From Nostoc sp. PCC 7120 = FACHB-418 (lineage in GTDB: Bacteria; Cyanobacteriota; Cyanobacteriia; Cyanobacteriales; Nostocaceae): a stretch of DNA of 32,000 nt. The translations under genes and the position numbers were made by a program. The notes beneath the pieces are model-generated. The model saw only the letters and a program-made list of their open reading frames with translations. It was not told the DNA's origin and did not search any database. Shown here one piece after another: positions 1-7,563 of the stretch. The stretch spans positions 2,070,001 through 2,102,000 of the forward strand of contig NC_003272.1 in the NCBI RefSeq assembly GCF_000009705.1. The letters run 5' to 3'. Position 1 is the first letter of the stretch. Every line of letters starts with the position of its first letter.

Positions 1-282
1 TTTTCAGAGCTTCTTCTTCATATGAGTCAATGTTACTGCGTTCGTTTTTTGAAAAGCCAAAAATAAAAAACCAACATCTTCATTATTAGTAGCTATTAGT
101 GTCCGAAATCCACCACTCTTACCTTTCCCTGGTTTTGCTATGCGTTTTTTAAACAGTCCACCTCCCAGGTCAGCATCATAAAGCCCTGGTGCCATTTCGT
201 TTACAGCGTTACAGAGACTAAGATTTTTTAATCCTTCCTTTCGCGCCCAACGGTCAAAAGTACGGTTTTTGTAAATTTTCAT
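1..282 (-). pseudogene. RelE/ParE-superfamily type II toxin (COG4737/DUF1044 type), apparently frameshifted and running off the left edge
   Basis: ATG at 282-280. ORF 4..282 encodes MKIYKNRTFDRWARKEGL...DADLGGGLFKKRIAKPGKGKSGGFRTLIATN, the core I recognise for this toxin family. After ...VGFLFL the listed frame decays into AFQKTNAVTLTHMKKKL*. The frame reached by adding one nt near 57-60 reads GFSKNERSNIDSYEEEALK with no stop before position 1, which fits the family GFxKNExxNI segment. This is either a 1-nt deletion or a sequencing error. Confidence 0.5.
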
Positions 283-403
283 TTTTTAGTCTCTCTGGTT
301 AAAGTATAGCACCTAGTCCTATACTTTAGGCTAAAAATAGCATAGGGGATATCCAAAAAATAAATCTCCCCCTAACTGCTCATCAAATTGAGCTTTACTT
401 GTA

Positions 404-425
404 AATAAACGAATGTTCGTTTATT
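404..425. promoter_or_regulatory. Perfect palindrome (10-bp arms, 2-bp spacer); candidate TetR operator
   Basis: AATAAACGAA-tg-TTCGTTTATT read directly. It ends 9 nt before the TetR ATG at 435. It shares the AAACGAAT/ATTCG core with the palindrome at 1025-1044. Confidence 0.6.
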
Positions 426-434
426 ATAGTAACT

Positions 435-1007
435 ATGAGGCATAAAGACAATAAAAAAAATCAAGCCATCTGTGATGCGGCAATCGAACTGATTACTGCC
501 AATGGTTTTGCTGACACTTCGATGTCGAAAATTGCCAAAGCCGCGAATGTTTCGCCAGCGACGATATATGTCTATTTTGAAAACAAAGAAAAGCTTCTCA
601 ATAAAATATATTTGTTCGTGAAGCAGGAAATAAGTGCAGAAATTTTAAAAGGTGTCAACCAGAACCTATCAGTGGAGAAAGCCTTTAAAATGATCTGGAA
701 TAATTATTATAAATACGCGATTAAAAATCCGGTCAGATTTGCTTTTACGGAGCAATTTGCTAATTCCCCAATGGTTGACCGCATTTGCAAAGATGAAAGT
801 TTGAGCTATTTTAAGCCAATGCTAGATTTGTTCAATCGCGGTAAAGAAGAGAAAGTTTTTAAGGATATTCCCCTGGAAATTTTTACCGCTTTTACCTTTG
901 CGCCTCTGACTGGATTGATAAAAGAGCATTTTAGTGGTGCTTTGATTTTGGACGAAAAAATGTTAGAAACCACCTATAAAATTGCATGGGATGCAGTAAC
1001 GAATTAA
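435..1007 (+). CDS. TetR/AcrR family transcriptional regulator
   Basis: 190 aa. The N-terminal HTH signature AICDAAIELITANGFADTSMSKIAKAANVSPATIYVYFENKEKLL is typical of TetR_N. ATG start. Confidence 0.9.
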   Translation: MRHKDNKKNQAICDAAIELITANGFADTSMSKIAKAANVSPATIYVYFENKEKLLNKIYLFVKQEISAEILKGVNQNLSVEKAFKMIWNNYYKYAIKNPVRFAFTEQFANSPMVDRICKDESLSYFKPMLDLFNRGKEEKVFKDIPLEIFTAFTFAPLTGLIKEHFSGALILDEKMLETTYKIAWDAVTN

Positions 1008-1024
1008 TTCTTTTTTCGAGTACA

Positions 1025-1044
1025 TTAAACGAATATTCGATTAA
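1025..1044. promoter_or_regulatory. 20-bp palindrome with one mismatch; second candidate TetR operator, upstream of the SDR gene
   Basis: TTAAACGAAT|ATTCGATTAA lies 25 nt upstream of the SDR ATG, just before the AGGAG ribosome-binding site. Same half-site core as 404-425. Confidence 0.55.
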
Positions 1045-1068
1045 TTAATTAGGAGAAGAGTAAATCAA

Positions 1069-2004
1069 ATGAAAAATGAAAAATGGAACGCTGAAAATAT
1101 TCCTCCTCAAAAAGGAAGACTAGCAATTGTAACGGGTTCAAGCAGTGGCATCGGTTACGAAACGGCGCGGGTTTTAGCTAATAAACAAGCGTCTGTAATC
1201 ATTGCGGTTCGCAATTTGGACAAAGGAAACAAGGCACTGGCAAAAATCCTTCAACAGAATAAAGATGCCGACGTAAAGTTGATGGAACTTGATTTGGCGA
1301 ATTTAGCATCAGTTAAAAATTTCGCTGAAAACTTTCGGAAAAATTATTTGCGTCTGGATTTACTGATTAATAATGCGGGTGTGATGATTCCGCCGTATTC
1401 AAAAACGACGGATGGTTTTGAATTGCAGTTCGGCACTAATCATCTCGGACATTTTGCTTTGACGGGACAACTTTTAGAATTTTTGATTAGCACCGAAGGC
1501 TCTCGAATCGTTAATGTTTCGAGCGGCGCACATAATATGGGCAAGATAGATTTCGATGATTTGAATTGGGAGCAGAGAAGTTATGCTAAATGGAAAGCTT
1601 ACGGCGACAGCAAACTTGCCAACCTCTACTTTACCTACGAACTCGACCGAAAACTAAAAGATAACGGTATCGACACACTTGTAACCGCCTCGCATCCGGG
1701 CTGGACTGCAACCGAATTGCAGAGAACTGCGGGTGGCATTGTGAAATATCTCAACGGCATCGTTGCTCAAGACATCACAATGGGTGCGTTACCGACTCTG
1801 CGGGCGGCAATCGAAGCAGGCTTAAAAGGCGCAGAATATTTCGGCCCCAATGGGTTTATGGAAATGCGCGGCTATCCAATAAAAGTCGAATCAAACGAGT
1901 TATCCAAAGACCAAGCACTCGCCAAAAAACTATGGGTTGTATCGGAAAAACTAACCGATGTGAAATTTGAATTTAATAAAAAGGCGCAAAGCGCGGGCAA
2001 ATAA
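1069..2004 (+). CDS. Classical short-chain dehydrogenase/reductase (SDR) family oxidoreductase
   Basis: 311 aa. Cofactor motif TGSSSGIG, NNAG, and catalytic S...YxxxK (SSGAH...YGDSKLAN). AGGAG RBS 8 nt upstream of the ATG. Confidence 0.9.
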   Translation: MKNEKWNAENIPPQKGRLAIVTGSSSGIGYETARVLANKQASVIIAVRNLDKGNKALAKILQQNKDADVKLMELDLANLASVKNFAENFRKNYLRLDLLINNAGVMIPPYSKTTDGFELQFGTNHLGHFALTGQLLEFLISTEGSRIVNVSSGAHNMGKIDFDDLNWEQRSYAKWKAYGDSKLANLYFTYELDRKLKDNGIDTLVTASHPGWTATELQRTAGGIVKYLNGIVAQDITMGALPTLRAAIEAGLKGAEYFGPNGFMEMRGYPIKVESNELSKDQALAKKLWVVSEKLTDVKFEFNKKAQSAGK

Positions 2005-2037
2005 GAAACCCCTGATAGTGGTGAGCTAGGGTTTTTC

Positions 2038-2128
2038 TGTCCACTGTCTACTTTGTGTCTAGATGTCTGCCTCTGTCCCTTGCTGTATAAAGGTTATGTC
2101 TACTTATGTCCGGTCTCTAGGTCTGTCC
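2038..2128. repeat. Cluster of eight TGTC(C/T) pentamers in 91 bp
   Basis: TGTCC/TGTCT start at 2038, 2045, 2056, 2064, 2074, 2097, 2107 and 2124, all in the same orientation. The cluster lies in the gap between the convergent SDR and aldolase genes. Confidence 0.5.
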
Positions 2129-2200
2129 GATTTTCACTAATTTACTTTATAAATAGCCTCTAACAGCTTTTCCTCTGACTTTCTGCCTCCTGAATTGTGC

Positions 2201-2962
2201 CTAATCAAACAATTCAGGTTCTTCGCGCGCGACTCTATCGTAAAGAGGCTGAAAACTAAACCAACCTGCTTTCGGTTCACCCACTTGACTATGGGTTAAA
2301 CGGGCAGTTTCATGGCCAATTATTTTGGGTTGACCCGCAGCTTCCGCAAGTAGTTGAGCTTGGCAAGAACGCTCTAGGCTAATGTACCAAAATGCGGCTT
2401 CATCTACTGTGTGTCCTACGGTGAGAATGCCATGATTCCGCAAAATCAGCGCTTTGTTATTACCTAAGGTTTCAGCCAGTCGTTTACCTTCAGAAGTTTC
2501 TAAAACGACCCCTGTATAGTCATCCAGCAAGGCGTGGTCTTCGTAAAAAGCGCAAGCATCTTGTGTTAAAGGGTCGAGTAGACGACCTAAGCTAGACCAA
2601 GCTTTACCATAAATCGAGTGAGCATGAGCAGCCGCGACGACATCGGGACGAGCTTCATGAATTTGGGAATGGATGGCAAAAGCAGCTTGATTTATCAGTG
2701 CGTCGCCTTTGACCACATCACCATCTCGATTCACTAATACCAAGTCAGAAACTCGAATGTGTCCAAAGTACTTCCCTAAGGGATTTACCCAAAAGTGGTC
2801 CGTAAATTCCGGGTCACGAGCTGTGATGTGACCTGCAATTCCTTCGCTAAAGCCAAACTTGCCAAACAGGCGAAAAGCTGCTGCTAGACGCTGTTTGCGG
2901 TGTAGGCGTTCTTCTTCAATACTGTTAAATACGGGGGGTAGGGGTCTACTAAATACGGACAT
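2201..2962 (-). CDS. Class II aldolase/adducin family protein
   Basis: 253 aa. GIAGHITARDP...FWVNP...VAAAHAHS...LRNHGILTVG matches the class II aldolase/adducin N-terminal domain pattern, including the His cluster. ATG start. Confidence 0.85.
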   Translation of the reverse strand: MSVFSRPLPPVFNSIEEERLHRKQRLAAAFRLFGKFGFSEGIAGHITARDPEFTDHFWVNPLGKYFGHIRVSDLVLVNRDGDVVKGDALINQAAFAIHSQIHEARPDVVAAAHAHSIYGKAWSSLGRLLDPLTQDACAFYEDHALLDDYTGVVLETSEGKRLAETLGNNKALILRNHGILTVGHTVDEAAFWYISLERSCQAQLLAEAAGQPKIIGHETARLTHSQVGEPKAGWFSFQPLYDRVAREEPELFD

Positions 2963-3263
2963 TTTCTTTTTCCGATACTTTTTTGCTAACGTTTATTAAC
3001 AAATACCGTAGGACATAAATAAAGACAGATGGACTCCCAGATGTAGTTGTGACAGCAAAAATCATACCTTCTGAATTTAACTAATAGTAGATATCATCTG
3101 GTCGTAGCGATCGCTTTTCCACTACTTCTAATTCTGCGTGTCTTTCTAAATTACCACCATCTACCCTGCTGTAGAGTATTTCGCCTTGACTACCTTTGTA
3201 TAAACAAATCAATGCCCATTGGCGTGTTAGAAACTGATGGAACCCTTAAACACCAGATTCTAA

Positions 3264-4667
3264 TTAACTTTTACTATCCTCTGGTTGCCAGATATTCCAG
3301 TTATACCAGTGACGCACCGCCAACCAAATCACAGACAGTAAACCTGCAACGCTCAGGGTCAGACCACTGTATGGTACTAATAATCCCAATACTGGTACTA
3401 CTGCCCCAGCGATGGTACAAATGATGGCAGCCAGAGACGCACTACGAGTGGAACCCAAGCCCCAAGTTAAGGTTAGTAGGACAAGGGAAATCATCGTCCA
3501 TGCTAATTGAGCATCCATAAAGCGGCTTAAGTAGGTTAATGTCAACAAGCAAGCAAAGTAGATACTACTGGCGATCGCTACGTTTGTTAAACTTATCGGT
3601 AGAGATAAATATAGCAATAAGATCCACCACAAAAATAATGCTGGTGCTAATAATAATAAACGGGGAATAATGCCTGTTTGGCGGATGGGGTTTGTATTCG
3701 TGAATACCCCAAACGGGTTTTTCACAGAAACATTATCATCAAATATCCAAGTATATTGAGTACTGCGTCCATCAGCTTTCCTCTCTTTCGGTACGATACC
3801 ACTGGCAAAATCCGCCCCAGGAAAGTTGGCTATTGTTGTCAGGCGAAAGTTAGATAATAGCTGTCCGGCGCTATTGTAAACCCAGCGCGGCCCTCCTTGC
3901 GCCTGATAAGTAACGCGAAAACTGGTTTCTTGTCCTGGTTCCAAACGAAAGGCAAAGCTATAATTCCCTGGATTGACTGGCTCTAACCTGGTGCGGTCGC
4001 GCTCTACTTTATAGTTAGATAGTAATGAGTAGCCATTAGGCGGCTGTATTTCAAAGAAGAAATTATTAATATCCTTGAGGCGGTTGACTACTTTGTAATC
4101 AGCAGTGTAGTCTGCACGATAAACCGCACTACGTCCTTGTACATCGGTGCTTTGTTCCAACTTTACCTGAATTTGCGAGCCTGCCAAGGATAGTAAGCGG
4201 CTTACCTGTTGCGTATCATTGACTTTGACGATTTTGCCATTAACTTGAGTGTTGTAAGTATAAGGTTCTTGGGTGACATAGCGCACTTGCGGCGCGATTT
4301 GTTCTAATTTATCCCCAGAAACGCTTTGGACTACTTGGGCAATTTTTGCCTGTTCCCAGTGGTGATAACGATTACTTAAGGTAGAAGAGAGAAAAAATCC
4401 TCCCACCAATAAAATTAATACTAAGGCTAAGTGTTGCAAGCCCCGCAAAATTTGGGCATAACGAATAGCCCATTCACCAATAAAAATAGTTTGTTGTGAC
4501 GAATTGTGTCGCAAAGCGAAACTCATCAGAGCGATCGCTATTCCCAAAGCTATGACTAAAAATACTAATAATAGAGAAGCTGTAATTAATTGTGACCCAA
4601 GCTGAATTAGCTCTGTTGGATGGGTCAAATCGGGCAAACCTGGAACGCCCTGGCTAGTAGAAGACAT
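3264..4667 (-). CDS. Polytopic membrane protein of unknown function (two N-terminal TM, ~230-aa beta-rich loop, 4-5 C-terminal TM)
   Basis: 467-aa ORF with ATG start and clear hydrophobic segments at both ends. I recognise no catalytic motif. Contains HIP1 sites, consistent with native DNA. Confidence 0.7.
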   Translation of the reverse strand: MSSTSQGVPGLPDLTHPTELIQLGSQLITASLLLVFLVIALGIAIALMSFALRHNSSQQTIFIGEWAIRYAQILRGLQHLALVLILLVGGFFLSSTLSNRYHHWEQAKIAQVVQSVSGDKLEQIAPQVRYVTQEPYTYNTQVNGKIVKVNDTQQVSRLLSLAGSQIQVKLEQSTDVQGRSAVYRADYTADYKVVNRLKDINNFFFEIQPPNGYSLLSNYKVERDRTRLEPVNPGNYSFAFRLEPGQETSFRVTYQAQGGPRWVYNSAGQLLSNFRLTTIANFPGADFASGIVPKERKADGRSTQYTWIFDDNVSVKNPFGVFTNTNPIRQTGIIPRLLLLAPALFLWWILLLYLSLPISLTNVAIASSIYFACLLTLTYLSRFMDAQLAWTMISLVLLTLTWGLGSTRSASLAAIICTIAGAVVPVLGLLVPYSGLTLSVAGLLSVIWLAVRHWYNWNIWQPEDSKS

Positions 4668-4732
4668 TGTTGGTTTTTCACATAATTTGAAACATCAGAC
4701 TTCTAAAACCTCACAAAAGTTTCAAACAAAAA

Positions 4733-4759
4733 TCCCCGACTTATTCTATCAGTCGGGGA
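4733..4759 (-). terminator. Rho-independent terminator (minus strand)
   Basis: The minus strand reads TCCCCGACT-gatagaata-AGTCGGGGA followed by TTTTTGTTTG. It lies 233 nt downstream of the stop of the 4992..5402 gene, with a MITE-like element in between. Confidence 0.7.
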
Positions 4760-4805
4760 CTATAGTGATTAGCACTCTTTTATGACTCTGATGAAATAAA
4801 AAAAT

Positions 4806-4907
4806 GTAGGTTGGGTTGAACTTTAGTGAAATCCAAAAAAACCAAGGATTTTTCGTGTTGGGTTACTCTACGAGAAGGCTGCGCCTACGTTCCTCAACCC
4901 AACCTAC
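4806..4907. repeat. MITE-like element bounded by perfect 14-bp inverted repeats
   Basis: GTAGGTTGGGTTGA (4806-4819) and TCAACCCAACCTAC (4894-4907). The interior carries a motif (ctacgagaaggctgcgcctacg) resembling other dispersed repeats in this window. The six-frame ORF 4816..5004 is just its translation. Confidence 0.6.
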
Positions 4908-4991
4908 TCGTAAATTTATCAAAGCCTTAACAATCAAGGATTATGAATTTTTATCTAACGAGAGTAATAGAAGAGCGTTAGTAATCAGAAA

Positions 4992-5402
4992 TTATTTTTT
5001 TTGATGATTATTTGCTACTCGACAAACAATTTCCATAGAAGCAGCATCAGGAGTTTTTGGCTTAGGAAAAATTTCCTGCTCGGTTTTATCTTCACTGGTT
5101 AATTTACCATTGGCAGCGTAGAGGGAAAACTTTTTAGTAAATAATCTACCTTGACTACAAGCTGCATGAAGCCTTCTTTTAGCTATACCTTCGCCATGTT
5201 GTTGGACAAGAGTAAAGTTAGTGCCATTGATAGAGGCCAAATCTAAAGCGATGGGAAAACCTCGTTGATCTGCGCCTACTTGAAGATAAAAATTATTACT
5301 CTTTGCTTCGGCAATAGCGCTCCGCCCACTGTAGGTAATTGCTATTCCGTTTAATGTCAATGAGGCAATTACCATTAAGCCGCTAAATGGTTTTAAAAAC
5401 AT
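4992..5402 (-). CDS. Small secreted protein, unknown function
   Basis: 136 aa with ATG start and a signal-peptide-like N-terminus (MFLKPFSGLMVIASLTLNGIAITYSG). No recognisable domain. Confidence 0.55.
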   Translation of the reverse strand: MFLKPFSGLMVIASLTLNGIAITYSGRSAIAEAKSNNFYLQVGADQRGFPIALDLASINGTNFTLVQQHGEGIAKRRLHAACSQGRLFTKKFSLYAANGKLTSEDKTEQEIFPKPKTPDAASMEIVCRVANNHQKK

Positions 5403-5525
5403 CAGATATAAATTGAATAACTATATTTTCTTTGTATTCATAAAACTTATTTTTTGGCGCGGTAAAATCACGGGAAATGATTAAATTCAAGATACAACTA
5501 TGAAAATTTTCATCTTTTAGCAAAA

Positions 5526-5555
5526 AATAACCGTAGCGGGAAAACTACGGTTATT
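5526..5555 (-). terminator. Strong hairpin plus T-run on the minus strand with no gene immediately upstream (orphan terminator)
   Basis: AATAACCGTAG-(8 nt)-CTACGGTTATT forms an 11-bp stem. The minus strand continues TTTTTTGC. It sits between the IS630 element and the start of the 4992..5402 gene. Confidence 0.5.
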
Positions 5556-5820
5556 GAATTAAAATACTAAACTCTAATATTTGCCGAAAATTTGCAAAAT
5601 GTAAATTCAGATATTTAACTATCTGTCATTTATTTTGAACATACATTATAGCTATTGTAAATCTATTCGTCATCACTGAATTTAGCTATTTAACAGATAA
5701 AAATTTTCTCTTGTTTTCTGTAAATTCTGTGTATTTATTAGGTTTATATAGGAATCCTATTTGATTTGTGAACAAGACCAAGAGATAATACGGAGAGGGA
5801 TAAAAGTCTAATAGTAAACA

Positions 5821-6342
5821 ATGAAAAGTCAGCATTTACAAGCTACTACACTTGCGGGGGAAGTATCGCAGCAATATTTAAAAGAGGAAACTGCACTGAA
5901 TGCGATTGCTGAATTACAAGATTTTATAGATATGTGTCCAGATGCGCGTGAAGTAAGGAAAGCATTGGCAGTCAAGCTAGTTTATCAAGGTTACTTGTAT
6001 GATGAAATCCAAAAAATTTTAGACGTATCGCGAGGGTCAATCACAGGCTGGAAGCAAGCCTATGAAGAAACTGGAATTGACGGACTGCGACTAAACTACA
6101 AAGGGAGAAAGAGCTATCTGAATGCTAAACAACTCCAAGAGGTGTTGAGCTGGCTACAAACAAAAGATTGTTGGGAGCTTGGGGAACTAGAGTATCAACT
6201 AGCTTTTGAGTATGACGTAGTTTATGAGTCAAAGCAAAGCTACTACGACTTGTTCTCCGAAGCAGGAATCAGTTGGAAGAAAACCACAAAGGTAAATCCG
6301 AAAGCCGATGAGAATGCTGTTGCAGAAAAAAAAAGAGATTGA
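5821..6342 (+). CDS. IS630-family transposase, N-terminal HTH part (orfA)
   Basis: 173 aa with winged-helix/HTH-like segments (LYDEIQKILDVSRGSITGWKQAYEETGIDGL). Ends just after an A9 run (6326-6334). Confidence 0.8.
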   Translation: MKSQHLQATTLAGEVSQQYLKEETALNAIAELQDFIDMCPDAREVRKALAVKLVYQGYLYDEIQKILDVSRGSITGWKQAYEETGIDGLRLNYKGRKSYLNAKQLQEVLSWLQTKDCWELGELEYQLAFEYDVVYESKQSYYDLFSEAGISWKKTTKVNPKADENAVAEKKRD

Positions 6343-6931
6343 AACATTGCTGGCAAATAACCGAGAAGAAATCGAAACAGGAAAGTTAAGAGTATTGTTA
6401 ATTGATGAGTGTCATTTAATGTGGGGAGATTTAAGTGGTTATGTATGGGGAAAAAGTGACCAAGAAATCGCAGTCCCAGTTGTCAACGAGCGAGATAAGC
6501 AGACATACTATGGGGCAGTTGACTATCTCCTTGGAGAATTAGTTCTCAAAGCTTATGATGCTGGAAACTCAAAAAATACTATCAACTACCTAGAATACTT
6601 ACTAGCTAACTCTCCCGACCAGCGATTACTAATTTTTTGGGATGGGGCTAGCTACCACCGTTCCAAGGAAATTAGAGGTTTCTTGGACTCTGTTAATCAA
6701 AGCTTACCAACCGAGCAATGGAAAATACACTGTGTCCGTTTTGCCCCTAATTGCCCAGTACAAAATCCGATAGAGGATATTTGGTTACAAGCCAAAACAT
6801 GGGTTAGACGTTTTTGTGCTTTAATTCCTTCATTTTCACATTTAAAGTGGATATTTGAGTGGTTTATTAGACACACTACCTTTGATTTTGACACTCTACA
6901 GATGTACGGAACTTATTCAAAAATCAAATAG
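6308..6931 (+). CDS. IS630-family transposase, DDE catalytic part (orfB); probably fused to orfA by a frame change at A9
   Basis: LLIDECHLMW (D), IFWDGASYHR (D) and NCPVQNPIEDIW (E) form a DDE triad typical of IS630/Tc1-like transposases. orfB is in the +1 frame relative to orfA, so loss of one A from the A9 run gives a ~370-aa fusion. Confidence 0.85.
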   Translation: MRMLLQKKKEIETLLANNREEIETGKLRVLLIDECHLMWGDLSGYVWGKSDQEIAVPVVNERDKQTYYGAVDYLLGELVLKAYDAGNSKNTINYLEYLLANSPDQRLLIFWDGASYHRSKEIRGFLDSVNQSLPTEQWKIHCVRFAPNCPVQNPIEDIWLQAKTWVRRFCALIPSFSHLKWIFEWFIRHTTFDFDTLQMYGTYSKIK

Positions 6932-7050
6932 GATTCCTATAGAATATAAGACTTTGATTTTTACAGTATTTTTACAGAATTTATTCGATCTAAAAAATAC
7001 ACTTAAAAGACAAAATACGAGATTTTCAGTTTTAATGAATACCCAATAAG

Positions 7051-7070
7051 TATAGGAATCCGATTTGGTT
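7051..7070 (+). repeat. Solo IS630-like terminal repeat
   Basis: TATAGGAATCCGATTTGGTT matches the left end of the IS (TATAGGAATCCTATTTGATT) at 18 of 20 positions, in the same orientation, 112 bp past the right IS end. No transposase follows it. Confidence 0.55.
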
Positions 7071-7071
7071 A

Positions 7072-7140
7072 TTGTTGGCGTAGCCTGTGCTTGCGTATAA
7101 ATATCTAAGTATCTGTAGGGTGGGCATTGCCCACCGTCAC
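7072..7140. repeat. Small dispersed repeats (SDR-like), including a GGTGGGCA/TGCCCACC palindrome
   Basis: The 15-mer TTGTTGGCGTAGCCT (7072-7086) recurs exactly at 17252-17266. GGTGGGCAtTGCCCACC lies at 7119-7135. Confidence 0.6.
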
Positions 7141-7563
7141 TTGCTTCTAGCCGAGAAACCAGTAAGGTCGCAGTGGCTCTCCTACATATATTTCAGAAAT
7201 CTGATCTCAACAGAAAATCTTTGGGTATAAGTCCTAATTAGTATGCCAATTGGTAATTTTATTCCTACATATAAAAAATGTGGTAAATATTACTAAGTAT
7301 ATGTTCAATGGCTGTACTTTTAATTAATCACCGGATTTCCAGAATTCATATATCTAATAAATAAAGATACAAAAAATACTTTTTGCAGTGAGAATACTTG
7401 TCACAATGAGGATAAAGAATTTTAAATTTTGCATGAGTGAATTTTAAATTTATTCACAGAGAGTAGAGCTATAGTGTATTTAGCAATGCTGCTGTTGGTG
7501 TGGCTGAGGTTAACGCCGAATGCCCAGGTATTTTTTATGAATTAGTTTGGAAAGACCTACTCG

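Larger units (their letters stand above)
5749..6939 (+). mobile_element. Complete IS630-family insertion sequence (1191 bp) with TA target-site duplication
   Basis: The terminal inverted repeats match at 26 of 28 positions: TAGGAATCCTATTTGATTTGTGAACAAG at 5749-5776 versus the reverse complement of 6912-6939. TA flanks both ends (5747-5748 and 6940-6941). Two overlapping transposase ORFs lie inside, and the orfB stop falls within the right IR. Confidence 0.85.

Noticed and set aside
3212-3424. 70-aa plus-strand ORF overlapping the end of the membrane-protein gene
   Set aside because: It is mostly antisense to the TM-rich C-terminus of the 467-aa CDS and has no supporting signal.
4816-5004. 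62-aa plus-strand ORF
   Set aside because: It is the translation of the MITE-like element and the adjacent 3-prime region. It starts at a non-ATG codon and has no RBS.
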